The notes beneath the pieces were generated by a model. That model was not told the origin of the DNA. It searched no databases and saw only the letters and a program-made list of their open reading frames with translations. Both the position numbers and the translations under genes were made by a program. Shown one piece after another: positions 48,331-60,602 of a DNA stretch of 64,000 nt; the first letter of the stretch is position 1, and every line of letters begins with the position of its first letter. The DNA comes from Spizellomyces punctatus DAOM BR117 (Eukaryota), in the NCBI GenBank assembly GCA_000182565.2, contig KQ257451.1; one strand, written 5' to 3'.

Positions 48331-51300
48331 TTACTCTCCTCTCCTCCCATAGTCAGGCCGATAACTCCGTCCCTGTCGCTCCCAAAACTCCTGCTTACTC
48401 ATCACCCGTTCCGCAGGCCATGTCTTACTTGGAACTCGACTGGATGCGTTCGCGTACCCACTAGGTGAGTGTACGGTAGGAGTCGTAGAATCGCGTTCGT
48501 ACCGGCGTTCTCGTGGATCACGACCCCGGTCGCGTTCTTTTTCGCGATCACCTCCTTCTTGGTCGGGGCGATAGGATCTTTCTGGAGGGTACTCGGATCT
48601 ATATGTCGCTGAACTACGGTACTCTGGACGATAGGTTGAAGCCGGAGGTCGATACCCAGCGGAAGGAGGACGGCTAAATTGTTCATTGCGCTCGCGATCT
48701 TCGCCATCGTACCGCTCACTTTTACGCGTGCCTTCCATGCTTCCATCGCGCGATCCTCCTGATCCGATCGTCCGAGTACGAGAGCGTGATCGTGGTGTAC
48801 TCCCATCCTTCTGGCTGCGCGATGCAGAAGGCGATCTCGACGTTGTACGGGAATGGATGGAAGATTGGAGTGTTGCGGTGTACGAGACGTTGGCATTTGA
48901 CTCACTCTCTCGTAGTCTAGGCCTCGAGCGAGATCTGGACCGAGAATGTCGAGACACAGGTGTTCTCGCCCTTGGGGTCCCCGAGCGGGATCGAACATCG
49001 TGATTCGGCACCACCGATGACCCATACCAGTCGTCGTGTCCTCGCTCCTGCCCATTGAGACTTGATGACTCAGCCTTCGTTTTAATACCCTCTAGGGAGC
49101 TGCCTCGTCTTCTCGGACTCCTCGTTCTTCGCCGATCCTCAAGATTGTCTACGTCAGACGGATGCTCTGGGTCGTACGGCGTTGAAACATCAGCTTCGAT
49201 GCATGCACCTTCCACACTCTTCGTAAGAGAGTACCTCCGTCCGTTGTCCAATGGCGCGTAGTCAGCCTGCTTTTCAATCCCACTCTCCCGAGGAGATGCA
49301 AACCCTGATGATCGTCGCCGTGAGGCGCTATCAGGAACGGGGGATGGTGCTGGGAGAGGGCGCGCAGAACGAGGGCTAATGGTTGGCTCTCGGCTACCAT
49401 CAGAGGTGTGAAGAGACGACATTCGCCCGTCGTCCATCCACGCACCACCTGGCGTTAGACTACCGCCCCTGTCTTTGCGCAAGGGGGGTGGTGGAGGAGG
49501 CGGGGGCAACCGTTCCCGTTCCCGTTCCCGATCATAGATTCGATTATCTTCATATTCTCTTCCGGGTGCTTTACTGTTTCTCACATCTCTCTGCCGCTCC
49601 CGCTCCCAGAGCTCTCTTTCCCAATCGCGTGAACGATTTTGATCCCTCTCCCACTCCCGTCGATCCCAGTCTCTCTCCCGCCCTCGTTCCCAATCCAGTC
49701 GCTCTCGCTCCCGTTCAGGATCCCTCTCTCGGTCGTAGTCGTATCCACTCAACATAGATTGAGGTCCCCCAACGCTGTTAATACCTGACTTTGGACCTGG
49801 GTGTGCTGCATGTCGATCATAGTACTCTCGCGGAGCCTGAGAGTATCTGGGGGGTGGCCCAGGTCGTCTGTAGTGATGTGGAGGGGGTCGAGTGGAGTAT
49901 CCACCAGCAATACCGTCCATATGCGGTGGTGGGGGCCGTTCGGTTGGTGGCGGAGGACGGTCCATGCGCTCCAGTGGAGGATGCCCTCGGTCGGGGGCAT
50001 AGTATCCACTATACCCACCATATCCCGGATACGAAGGTCGCCGTGACGGGTAAGGAGGAGGTGGTGGTGGGAGTGCCGACGGAGGATGATAAGTAGAGTA
50101 CATTCCGGGTTGATATGCCGGTGGATTAACGGATTTCGCGGGTGACTGTAGAGACGAAGGAGCGGGCGGCGGCTGTAACTGAGGTGGCGATCGCGGTGCA
50201 GGATGCGGCCCCTGACTACTGGTTGAAGCTATTAGCGGGGTCGATGACGGTAGAGGTGGTGTCATCTCGCGCTTTCGCGTGCGCTCGGAACTTTCGGAAA
50301 TTGTCGCACGTCGTTCCAATGAGCCTTCCAATTCGGGGTTTTCCGCAAACGCAGTAGCGGCGATTGAGGAATTGCTGGCACGTTGCTCAAGGCTATTTCC
50401 AGTGTCCAGCTTATCCGATACTTCTGTCGCTACAGACAGTGCCTTCATTCCAACCTCTTTTTGAACACCAAAGATAGAAGCAAGTCCCGAAGTGGGAAAC
50501 TTCGGAAACTGACCATCGCTGCGGGACTCACTCGCCGAAGAGCTTGACAGGTCGGATGTCATCACATCGTCACTTTTGCGGGAGTTTACAGCACGCTGCT
50601 CACAGACTGTCATATGTTCTACCGTGACCTGTCTGGTCAAACTTTTCGTATCATCCAGCTTGCCCTCCGGAAGGGATGTTCCAACGCTGGCACTCTTGCT
50701 CACCGCCTCTTCATTGGATTTATCCATCTTCGGAAAAGGATACTCTTGCATAACAGAAGAGTTACCTGTAGTTGATTCCGGGATGGATGGAGTAGAGGGC
50801 GCAGAAGAAGCCATAAGCCTTTTCTTTGCCATAAATTCCTGAAGGGAGACTTTACGTATTACACCTGGCGTTGCAGCTGGTGTAGCTGGGGTGTCTGGAG
50901 ACGAGGATGTTGAGGACACGGTCTGCCCCTTTGCAATTTCATTGTCAGGGGCTTGCTTGCTTAGTGCGGTAGAAGAGCTGACTGCGCCAGTGTCAACGGA
51001 CCCATTGGATGTCTCCGACACCTCAATCTTTTGCCTTTTAGAACCATTCAAACCCTCATTGTTAGCTCCCTCAACCCGCAACGGTGGTGGAGACTCGGAA
51101 AGTTTGCGTTTCATATTGTCTGGCTCGTGTGTGACCTCCTCAGTGGCAGGTTCGTCGAAACTTTGTTCGATCTCATCTCTCGCCGCCTGTGTTGCCCGAT
51201 CAGCCTCTACTTCTTGTTCTTTCGCCTTAGCCTCCCTCGCTTCCTCTTGCGCAAAGATCCAGGCCTTGAATCCTCCTCGACGTGGCATTGGACTAGGGGA

Positions 51301-53154
51301 CGGGAGGTCTGGTGACACTTTTTGCCGCTTTAGGGCTCCACCGGTCGAATGTTCATTTTGTCGCATCTCCCTAGGCTCAGAAACTACAACGGTCTCGTCC
51401 GCATTGTCTCTGCGTCGCTTTCGGTTGAGAGACTCCGCTTCGCGAGGATGTTCTGCCTCGTCCACTGATGTTCCACCAGATTTAGTCCGGGCTCTCTTTT
51501 CCTGTCGCATCCTTTTCTGTTGAGCCTCCCGCTCCATTCGCTCAATTCTTGCTAATTGATCTTGTAGCTTCTTCTCCTCCCGAGACAGTCGTTTTCCGCT
51601 GCTCGAAGCTGCGAACAAATCGAGTTCTCCACCGTGTGTCTGATTATCAGGCGTGGCAGGAATATCTGGTACCACACGTTCCTCACGGTCTTCCTCTATC
51701 TCATCCTCACTTCGGAAATCCTGCCCATTTTTCCCCTTGCGTGATCCACTCTTACGCCGTCTCCTTCCACCCTTGAGTAGAGTCTCCTCGGGTTCTCCGT
51801 TGATGATCCGCTCGTGCAATTCCACTCCTTTCGCAACGAGACATGCATCTAAATCTTCACATATGCAGGGATATCCAATCCAGCCAGTGGCTCCTTTCCC
51901 AAGTACAATCTCTTCCGCGGGTCCCACTCGTTTGGTCGTGAAGATTGCAAGCATAATCTTCTCGTTCAAAGTCAGCCCGCTGCCATCTTCAACTAAAGGT
52001 TCGTCAGTCTCATCATCATTTTCCTCATATACCGTTACACTTCTCAGATGAGCATTGCATTTTGATGACATGGCATCGTCCCCTCCACACCAGTATCTGA
52101 CATAACGACCACCTCGTTCACCCCATTCTCTAGCATCCACTGCTAACGGTTGGTCGCCCATTCGCAGGGCATGAGCAGGATGTGCAAATACAAATGGCGG
52201 CGCTAGGACACAATTATCAACTTCCAGAAGATCCAATCCTTTCGCTTTTTCTAAATTTTCCTTGCCGGAAAGAGCTCCTTTGATATCTGTCACATAGGTG
52301 TTTGCAGGAATATCGACCGTGGCGAAAAGAGCAAATCGCCTAACACCTGATACAGGGTTCGGGGGTAAAGGGTCCCAAACAGCTACCGGAATTTGATCCA
52401 GCAGCCAGTCAACCGAGAGCGGCACTAGAGCTCCAGTATCAAGGTCCGTGTTGCTCTCCCGTCGAGATTTGAACTCATTACTTTGTCTCCAGTCGCTCCA
52501 AACGTGTTCTATGTGTGTGCCAATATGTGTACTCGCAAATCGGGGGAATGAGAGCTCTCCAAACTTTGACGAGTGAGAGTAATATTCGGCTTCATATGCC
52601 GTTCCAGGTTTTGGTGCGTCGTTTTCGTCCTCGTCCGCTTTCAAGTGTCCGTCTCTATTGGACTGTGGTGTGCCAACTGTACCCGTTACCGTCGGTCGCC
52701 CCTTTCGGCGTCTTCGCACTTCTGGAGGACTTGCGTTGGCAATGCTACTTGGCTTTGCTCGAACTTTTATTCTGTTCCTCGCTTGTTTCTCAAGTCTGGA
52801 ATCCGGCTTATCTCCTTCCTTCCGCTTTTTTGGTGAACATTTTTCCTGTCCATCCTTCCTGTTGCCACCTCCCCTACCTTTCCCTCTATTCTTCCGTTCT
52901 CTTCTTCGTTTCTGAAGCTCGACGGCACCGGCCACATCCAACTCTCGAGGGTCACACGCATCGCAAAAGTACACATCGGGAACATGTCGGTGATCGACTC
53001 CAACACACACCATGTGTTGCCACACTCCACACTTGTCACAAGCGATGGTATTCCCGTCATCGTCAGTGAATCCACAAATGCAGCGGATCTCTTCGTCATC
53101 CTCCACTATTTCGTCCTCGGTTCCAATGCCTTCCTCGTCTTCCTCCTTGCTCAT
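48331..53154 (-). CDS. SET3: PHD finger + degenerate SET domain protein (Set3/Set4/MLL5 family) with long disordered Pro-, RE- and RS-rich tail; single exon, 1607 aa
   Basis: [28 protein letters not shown]...YFCDACDPR (PHD); LFATVDIP...VDAREWG...RYVRYWC...CNAHL...[13 protein letters not shown] (SET-like); LSREEKKL motif. Confidence 0.78.
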   Translation of the reverse strand: MSKEEDEEGIGTEDEIVEDDEEIRCICGFTDDDGNTIACDKCGVWQHMVCVGVDHRHVPDVYFCDACDPRELDVAGAVELQKRRRERKNRGKGRGGGNRKDGQEKCSPKKRKEGDKPDSRLEKQARNRIKVRAKPSSIANASPPEVRRRRKGRPTVTGTVGTPQSNRDGHLKADEDENDAPKPGTAYEAEYYSHSSKFGELSFPRFASTHIGTHIEHVWSDWRQSNEFKSRRESNTDLDTGALVPLSVDWLLDQIPVAVWDPLPPNPVSGVRRFALFATVDIPANTYVTDIKGALSGKENLEKAKGLDLLEVDNCVLAPPFVFAHPAHALRMGDQPLAVDAREWGERGGRYVRYWCGGDDAMSSKCNAHLRSVTVYEENDDETDEPLVEDGSGLTLNEKIMLAIFTTKRVGPAEEIVLGKGATGWIGYPCICEDLDACLVAKGVELHERIINGEPEETLLKGGRRRRKSGSRKGKNGQDFRSEDEIEEDREERVVPDIPATPDNQTHGGELDLFAASSSGKRLSREEKKLQDQLARIERMEREAQQKRMRQEKRARTKSGGTSVDEAEHPREAESLNRKRRRDNADETVVVSEPREMRQNEHSTGGALKRQKVSPDLPSPSPMPRRGGFKAWIFAQEEAREAKAKEQEVEADRATQAARDEIEQSFDEPATEEVTHEPDNMKRKLSESPPPLRVEGANNEGLNGSKRQKIEVSETSNGSVDTGAVSSSTALSKQAPDNEIAKGQTVSSTSSSPDTPATPAATPGVIRKVSLQEFMAKKRLMASSAPSTPSIPESTTGNSSVMQEYPFPKMDKSNEEAVSKSASVGTSLPEGKLDDTKSLTRQVTVEHMTVCEQRAVNSRKSDDVMTSDLSSSSASESRSDGQFPKFPTSGLASIFGVQKEVGMKALSVATEVSDKLDTGNSLEQRASNSSIAATAFAENPELEGSLERRATISESSERTRKREMTPPLPSSTPLIASTSSQGPHPAPRSPPQLQPPPAPSSLQSPAKSVNPPAYQPGMYSTYHPPSALPPPPPPYPSRRPSYPGYGGYSGYYAPDRGHPPLERMDRPPPPTERPPPPHMDGIAGGYSTRPPPHHYRRPGPPPRYSQAPREYYDRHAAHPGPKSGINSVGGPQSMLSGYDYDRERDPERERERLDWERGRERDWDRREWERDQNRSRDWERELWERERQRDVRNSKAPGREYEDNRIYDRERERERLPPPPPPPPLRKDRGGSLTPGGAWMDDGRMSSLHTSDGSREPTISPRSARPLPAPSPVPDSASRRRSSGFASPRESGIEKQADYAPLDNGRRYSLTKSVEGACIEADVSTPYDPEHPSDVDNLEDRRRTRSPRRRGSSLEGIKTKAESSSLNGQERGHDDWYGSSVVPNHDVRSRSGTPRARTPVSRHSRSRSRSRPRLRESESNANVSYTATLQSSIHSRTTSRSPSASRSQKDGSTPRSRSRTRTIGSGGSRDGSMEGTRKSERYDGEDRERNEQFSRPPSAGYRPPASTYRPEYRSSATYRSEYPPERSYRPDQEGGDREKERDRGRDPRERRYERDSTTPTVHSPSGYANASSRVPSKTWPAERVMSKQEFWERQGRSYRPDYGRRGE

Positions 53155-53622
53155 GATTGCGTACGGATTGTTAGAGCTGATTTCGAAGAATGCTTTGCGA
53201 TAAGACGGTTGGCTGTGCGACGAGGCGTCGAACTGACAAAGTGAGACCGTCAGTGCGAAACCTTCAGCACACCTTAGTAGCTCTTCCGCAGATGGAGAAA
53301 CCCGATAGGACGCTTGCCGATCTACTCCTCAGAGTCGCCTCAGGAAGCAGCGAAGCGTCAGAGATAGTATCACAGGTCATGAAACGTCGTCCTCCAATAC
53401 GTCTCTTCAACGGGGCACTTCGGAATTGACAGTGTTCAATGATTCTTTTCCGCCTCCTTTTCTGGGTGCGACTACGCATGAGTGCACGAGCCTCCACTCC
53501 CGCGCCACACAGGAACGTCATTAGACTATGACCAATAAACATGCAGGGCGCAGTGTGGCGCGACATGCTGCGCGACTTGGGACAGGATGATTGTGTTCGT
53601 TCAGATGTCAACCACGCAGCAA

Positions 53623-54662
53623 ATGGAGACTAGGTATTGCATGATTACTGGAGGAAATACTGGCCTGGGCTACGCATGCGCAAGAAAACTCTTGGCAACA
53701 GGAAACTATTACATTACCCTAGGTGATAAAGTCAGATAATGAATTGTTGCGCTGGTCACCAACCCCCGCACATGCAGCTTGCAGGACTGCAGATAAAGCG
53801 CAGCGAGCTGTACAAAATCTCAAAACTGAGAACCCATCATGCGCCCACCTCATTGAATACCTCACATGTGACTTGTCTTCTCCAGAAAGCATTCATTCGT
53901 TTGTGAGATCCTATAAGGAACTAGGATTCCCGCTGCACGTCCTCCTAAACAATGCCGGTGTTTACCCAGGCTCAAAAAGGGAGACCACAGAGCACGGGAC
54001 AGAGCTAGCCTTTGCGGTGAACCATCTAGGGCACTTTTTGTTGACAAGTTTGCTCTTGGATTTGTTGGAAGCTTCGGGGACAGGTCGAATAGTGAATGTT
54101 TCTTCAGAATTGCATAGAGGTGTGTTAAAAACTTGTCAACTGCTGAAACATGTCCACCAATTGCTCGGAACTACGATACAGGGGCCCCATCATCACCGGA
54201 ATTTCCACCAACACCAGAAGAATACACCGCGAAAACCGCATACGCGACATCTAAACTAGCGAACATCCTCTTCACCTACGCCTTAAGCCCACGCCTCAAA
54301 ACTACGACCGTAAATTCCTGCAGCCCCGGCTGGATACCATCCACCGAGCTCTCTCGTCATGCCCCCTTCCCTGCTCGTTGGATTATGCAGACGATTCTCC
54401 CTTACCTCCCGGTGGCGAGAACTGTGGAACAGGGAGCAGTAGTCTGTTGTCGATTGGTGATGGATGAAGATATAAGGGGGGTTACGGGGAAATATATGGG
54501 CAAGGATGGGGAGTGGATTCCAAGTTCTGAACAGAGCTATGATGTAAATATGGTACGTCTTCAGGTATGCATCTGTTTCGTGGCTGTAGTTAACGATTTG
54601 ATGAACAGCAAAAGCGTTTATGGGAGGTCAGCTCCGAATTGCAATTGCGAGGTCTGTGGTAA
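53623..54662 (+). CDS. Short-chain dehydrogenase/reductase, retinol dehydrogenase/WWOX-like; 4 exons
   Basis: ITGGNTGLG, CDLSS, LLNNAGV, FAVNHLGHFLL, RIVNVSS, YATSK (YxxxK), SPGWI, LWEVS. Confidence 0.9.
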
Positions 54663-55139
54663 TAAGAGTCGCTGGCAACAACCAGGGAAGGCACTTGGTT
54701 AGGGCATGGGCCTGATCCTACAAGGTTGCGATGTTACAGTTAGCAGCAGATTTGCGGTCGTCCACGAGCACCCCGTGGGGATTCTTCTTTGATAACAAAC
54801 AATAAGATGACTCTGACTTTGTTATTAGGCAGTATTTCCTTATTTCACGGACAACCGACGATATGAGACATGTCTCCTTTATTGGAGTTGGAAGAGAGGC
54901 TAATGACGGCGACATACGTAATGGAGCCGTTAAAGCATTAGAGGATCAACGAAGCTGTTCCCTTTCAGGAGGAGAGATTCAAGAAAACAAAAAAATCTCT
55001 GCTCGACCGTGAGGAACCATTGCAATCACAGACTCAGCGGACCTCACAAGCCCTCATTGTTCACCATCTATTCAACTAATTATGACTCTAACAAAAACGT
55101 ACGAGGCTATTCTTATCTATCTTCTCTTATAAGATGCGG

Positions 55140-57255
55140 TCAAGTTCTGGAGACTGTGACAGTTACCTTTGCCCCGGGTCGTCCTGGCTGCTCCCGCACT
55201 ACATGGATGAACCCATCCTTTGCTCCTTCGTTTGGCTGTAGAACACGGAAGCCTGCAGAAGCACTCTGCACAGCAGCGCTGTATCCAGACGGGTAATGGC
55301 GTGGAGAATTGACACGAATTTCAGTGGGATGAATGGTACCATCGCTGACGAACGTGAGAGTGAACAACCCGGTTTTGTCGTCAAACGACATTGAAAGCGG
55401 GATGCCTGCGATTGCGGTCGCGTAGGTGCGACTGTATACCTCGGCCATGTCCGGTCGGACGAGCCCGGTCTCCGGATCCCGGATGCCATTGTTGGTGCCA
55501 GTGATCTACGATCCAAAGACATCAAACGGATGTAGAACCAAGTAAATCATGTCCACGCCACGTACAGGTATGTAATCCGTGTACTCCCATCCAGTGTAGG
55601 AGAAAAAGTATTTGTCAGCGAGTCGGGAAACATCTCGGATGTACTCGATGTTCCCGCCTGACGATGGAGAGTATGTGTTGAATAATAGAGCAACCGCTGC
55701 AATCAATCACTGCTGTCGCTATTACCATTTTTCCATCCCATTTCAAACTAAAGGTGGACAGTAGATAGAGGTTAGATATTGCTCCCAACCGACATCCGCC
55801 GCACGATGGAATGCATTTAAGCAGAAGACAAGTCTAGGTAAAGCACTCCTAAACATACCTCGGTTAGCATTCCCCCACTTTGAAGGCGCAACATATCCAG
55901 AGACCGCTCGACGAAGGTAGCCTAATCAAAGTTCACCCAGCTTTGAATGTGAAAACTGAAGCCTCCTTTCCGATCGAACCTTACATTAAGATTAAAGAGC
56001 TGCGGAGGTTGGTAGTGGTGGAACTGCAGGGACCGAGAGGGACAATATCAACATGACCGTAGCCAGTAGCAGAACAGAAGAGAGAGCAACCCACCGACAG
56101 CACAGATTTTGAGGCATACTGGGTACCCCCGGGCGCATGGGTAAATCCTACCACAAAATTGTCCCATGTCACAGATTCGAAGAAAATCATTGCGTTGGGA
56201 TCAACGGATCTGATGGCCGTGGCTATAACGTCGTAGAAATTCTGTAGATTCATTCTGTCGGCAACCCCAGGTACGAGAAGCCCGGGATTGGAAACAACAT
56301 CTACAACCTGCAGCATCAGCAAAATTGAAAGAGGAGCACCACATCCCATGCATGCATTCACATACTCCCGGCCCATGGCTCGTTTATAAGATCGTATCCA
56401 AGGATATTCTTGAATGGTAAAAATGTCTGGGCGACAAGCTTCCAATAATTCGCAAAGGAGTCTCGTAGCCCATCATAGTTATCATATAGTCGTTGGTAGG
56501 CTGTGCCCGCAGCATATGAGAACTGAAGTTTATCATAATAATGCTTGCCACAGTCCTCTGGTGTAGGAACACCATTCTCTTGGAGTTTGTAAGGCCGGGC
56601 CTCAATGGGCACGGGGAATCCCAGTAGGTTAAGCGGGGAATGCGCGGGTTGCGCTGCCCATAAAGGTACGCCCTCCCCACAGAATTTTTCGCTGAGGCCA
56701 TCCTGATGAAAGTCGAGAAGGACGTAGATGCCCGCATCCGAACATCTCTGGACGATGGTCTTCATCACCTCTAGGTACGTATAGTTATACTGGCCCCGCA
56801 CAGGCTCCACACCAGGCCACATTATCCCTGAGTTCGCGACAAATAGAGTCGACGATTTAGATCTAGGTGTGCCATTCCGCCATGCAAAGGAAGAGCGCAC
56901 AACACACCGAGGCGAATTGCAGTGACACCATGCGAAGCCAGAATGTCAATGTCATCTTGATTGAAAGACCATCGGGGCAAGGCCTCCGGACTGATGTCAG
57001 GATGCCATGGAGCACCTTTGTAGACGACATTTGTGCCACTAATAATTGCATTTTAAGTCTTGTCAACCTCAACATAATATATGCATGTCATTTTGGAAAT
57101 CCGATATCATACTGAAAAATGCGGGATCTCCCAAGTTCGTCTACGAAAAGTGGACCCTTGGTGGAGACGATTCTTGTTGGCACCGACTGAGGAGGGATGT
57201 CAATGGCCGTCACACCCAGCAAGACGGCCAAGGCGACGGTGATGCTGAATCGCAT
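55140..57255 (-). CDS. Secreted GH5 glycoside hydrolase, endoglycoceramidase-like, with C-terminal beta-sandwich; multi-exon
   Basis: Signal peptide MRFSITVALAVLLGVTA; FVDELGRSRIF, NVVYK, IMWPGVEP, LLDFHQD, FCGEGVPLW, GYDLINEP (acid/base), MLTE/F (nucleophile), YSRTYATAIAGIP. Confidence 0.87.
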
Positions 57256-57830
57256 GACAGGCTCGGCTGTCCTTTTGGACCGGGCGACCCCAACGTCCAG
57301 CAGGATTTAAATTCCCCCTTCCCATCGCCGTCAAAACGCAAAAAAGAAAAAAATTGCTGTCGCGGCGTGTACAAGGTGCCATTGTAAGAATGCTGTGGAC
57401 AGCATCAGTCTTGCAACTTGTACGTGATCACCGGACATTCGCAAGTAGCGATGAGCCACACTGGTCCTCTGCATCATATCCTTGTAGAGTATACAAGTAT
57501 ATCACACGGTTTTTACATGAACGACATCTGTGTATACCTCATGACAAAGTCTTTGGCATGTCAAGACTCTAGTGGAAACAGCAAACTCCAATTTGCAGCA
57601 CAAGCAGGAACGCTGTTCTGAACATGCGCTAGAAACAACCACCATAGATTGCTACATCGTCTGCATGTTTGAAAAGCCTTTTGCTCTTCTCGTCTTGTTA
57701 ATGCGTGCTTTTTCCAAGGCTGTCCCCAAAATTTCCTGCTTTTTGTGCGCTAATAGGGCGCGGACTGCGTGCTTGCTTGCTTTTTTCCTTGTTTGCGCTC
57801 GATTCTGGTAAATCCTATTCACGATAAGGT

Positions 57831-57953
57831 TCCGCACGTGCAGGCAAGCGTGCTAGTTCAGAGACTGTCCAAGTCGTCGGCATGTTAGTCGATGGTGTGC
57901 GCTTGCATCACCGAACAACGCACTTTAAAAACTCTAATTTGTCCGCACGTGCA
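57831..57953. promoter_or_regulatory. Two identical 12-mers TCCGCACGTGCA (bHLH E-box core CACGTG) upstream of the phosphatase gene
   Basis: Exact copies at 57831-57842 and 57942-57953; TATAAAAG at 58007-58014; ATG at 58099. Confidence 0.6.
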
Positions 57954-58098
57954 TAAACCTTTGTTAGCTAGCAAAAAGACTAGAGGAAATGGGGGCGGAT
58001 TATAGCTATAAAAGCCCACCCCCCTTTGTTTGTTCATGGCAGTCCAGATCTCATTCTCATCTACCCGCCTCTAACCTTTCAGGTCAAAGGCTGCTCCA

Positions 58099-59948
58099 AT
58101 GCCCAACATTTTCCGCACAACTGCGTCGCTTCTAGCGGCATCAGTTATCCTTTCTAGTACATCTGGCACTGCGGCCTTTCCCGTCCCAGAGTGGATCACT
58201 TCTTTGAAAGAGTTTGGAACTGCCACTGAGTCCCTTTTAAAAATCCGCTCACTTGAGTTGTTTGGCATCCTCGCTCCACTACCCAATAATGCCCCACCGA
58301 CGCAAGGTCCCTATCGAAAACCCACGCAGAAAGCTAGCGATCAGGTCCTTCTGTCCCCCGGCTTGACCGCTCGTTATCTGACACGCCAAATTGCAAACCA
58401 TGCTGACCAGCCTTCGTTTTGGCCATGTACTGGTGAACCAACTCATGCTGTTTTCTGCATTGAGGCGGAGAGGGAAGAGATTGAGAAGCCTGGTGCTGGT
58501 AATGGCTACCGTCTTTTAATTTTCGTTGTTGAACTTTTTGATAATCATTCTCTTACTCGATAGGCAACTTCTCAAAGATCATTCCTAAATTCAATCCTTC
58601 CGTACAGGCAGTTGACCTGAAGACAGGCAAAGTTACCACATTTCTCCGTGGCATGACCCGCTGTGATGGGCTTCGTGTCACACCTTGGGGAACTGTCTTG
58701 GCTACGGTAAATGCCCACATGCTGTTATCATTATAAAACAGCCCAATCTCTAATACACGCAAATCCTTAACAGGAGGAAGACGACAAAGGGGGTGTATAC
58801 GAGATCTTCGATCCCTTCAACCTACCTGCTGGTACCACCGTCACTGATCGTGCGACGGGAAGCATTGCTGATGCGACCGGTGCAAAAGTTGACAAGGTGG
58901 TGAAGAGGACTGCCCTGCCTACCATTGCCTGGGAAGGACTTTACATTGATCCTTCTGGCGTTGTCTATGGAGGAGATGAACTGAGACCAGGTAAGAATCA
59001 GGAAGAAATTGTCGTTATGCAAGTGCTAACTCATGTTCTTACGATAGGAAGCGGCAAACAAGGAGCAAACGGTGGTTCCCTCTACAAGTTTGTCCCAACC
59101 AAACCTCTCAAGTCCAAGGGTGTGATCCGTAACCCCGCGGATTCTCCCCTGGCTGCGGGTGCTGTGTACGCCTTTCAGGCTTCTTGTATTGCGCATGGTG
59201 AAGCCAAATTTCCACAAGCTGGCCAAGGATGCGAGATTGGCGAAGGTGGTTGGGTGCGTATCCCCAACCCCTCTGCGGCACGCTCGGAGGCCGACCGGGT
59301 CCGAGCCACAGGCTACTACAGACCAGAAGATCTTATCAACGACCCTCACTACAAAGGACCCGGTGTGCGAATCTGCTGGACCAATACTGGGGCTGCAGAT
59401 GCTAAAAACTACGGAGAGGTTAATTGTCTGATCGATGAGACAGTAGTTACAGATGGAGAAATTTCGAGGCATCAGCAGAGCTATGCGACCATTGGAGGGA
59501 AGGTAGCCTATGCAACCGCTAATCGGTAGGTCCCATCTTATTATTATCTTCATGGGCTGTTCCTTTCTTGTACGGTTTCCTGACCTCGTCATTTCCTCTT
59601 TTGGCTACTAGCTTCATCACTGGCACACCAGAATTCAACCAGCCAGACAACCTCGACTTTCAACCCAACTCTCGCAACGTTGCGATCATTGAAGACAACC
59701 CGAACGGAGATATTTTCATGTGCCTTCCTGATGGCGCAGATAAAGATACGGAAAGCGATGGATGTATTCGTTTCCTCTCTGTCAGGGACACATCAGCGGA
59801 GCCAACTGGATTCACGTTTTTGCCCGGTGGAACCAAGGCGATTCTGTCCATCCAACACTCCAATGATGAGTTGATGACCAAGGTGGATGGCTTTGATACC
59901 GATGATATCCTTATCATTGAAGGGTTTAGGAAGCCTTTATGGGCCTAG
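58099..59948 (+). CDS. phoX: Secreted PhoX/DUF839-family alkaline phosphatase-like protein; 5 exons
   Basis: Signal peptide; CDGLRVTPWGTVLAT/EE, IAWEG, GGSLYKFVP, ATGYYRPED, FNQPDNL, IIED, SAEPTGFTF, SIQHS, the motif series of bacterial PhoX beta-propellers. Confidence 0.8.
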
Positions 59949-60602
59949 AATATAGTTTTTTAGAATGGGAGCCTCGATAGAAATAGTAGTGCGTCCGATG
60001 TGGACATGGCAATACAACCGTACCTTAGAACTTCTTATTGGCATTGAAATAGAGTACGCAGGAAGTACCTAATAGAGTTTTTTAACACCCTTTTTGTGGA
60101 GTAGCATGGTAGTATATGCATACCAAGATGGGGTGGTCTGGTCTTGTCCGTTGTTGGGCGTCCGTATCCCAATGGTTGCGTATGTAGCGTCAGACCCCCG
60201 CTAATGTGTCGTTCATTCGACAATGTTCAACTGAGGCCAGTATGGTTTCCAAGTTTCTGGCAATAGGTAATTTGATGACATTACATGCCCAAATTATGTA
60301 TGCCTGGTAGCCTCCGCATGAATTGTGGATTTTCCACAAAAACAAAAGCTATTGAAATCTAGAGACGGAACAATCCAAGAATCGGCAACTGATGGCGAAC
60401 TATATCGTAGCTCATTGAGAGAAGCCATTCTTCTTACTTATGGAGACGTGAAATTTATATTCTAATTTGAACCAGGTAATCTTCTCCACACATTACTACG
60501 TTCAGGTTTTAAATCACGCTCCACCTAGTACTCTCAACAGTCTAGACCTTGCACAACGTATAGCGGTACCTCTTGAGCGATACCTCCTGACGGACAATCC
60601 GC

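Noticed and set aside
53723-54702. Apparent frameshifts in the SDR and other split ORFs suggesting pseudogenes
   Set aside because: Resolved by short canonical introns (for example 54120-54181)
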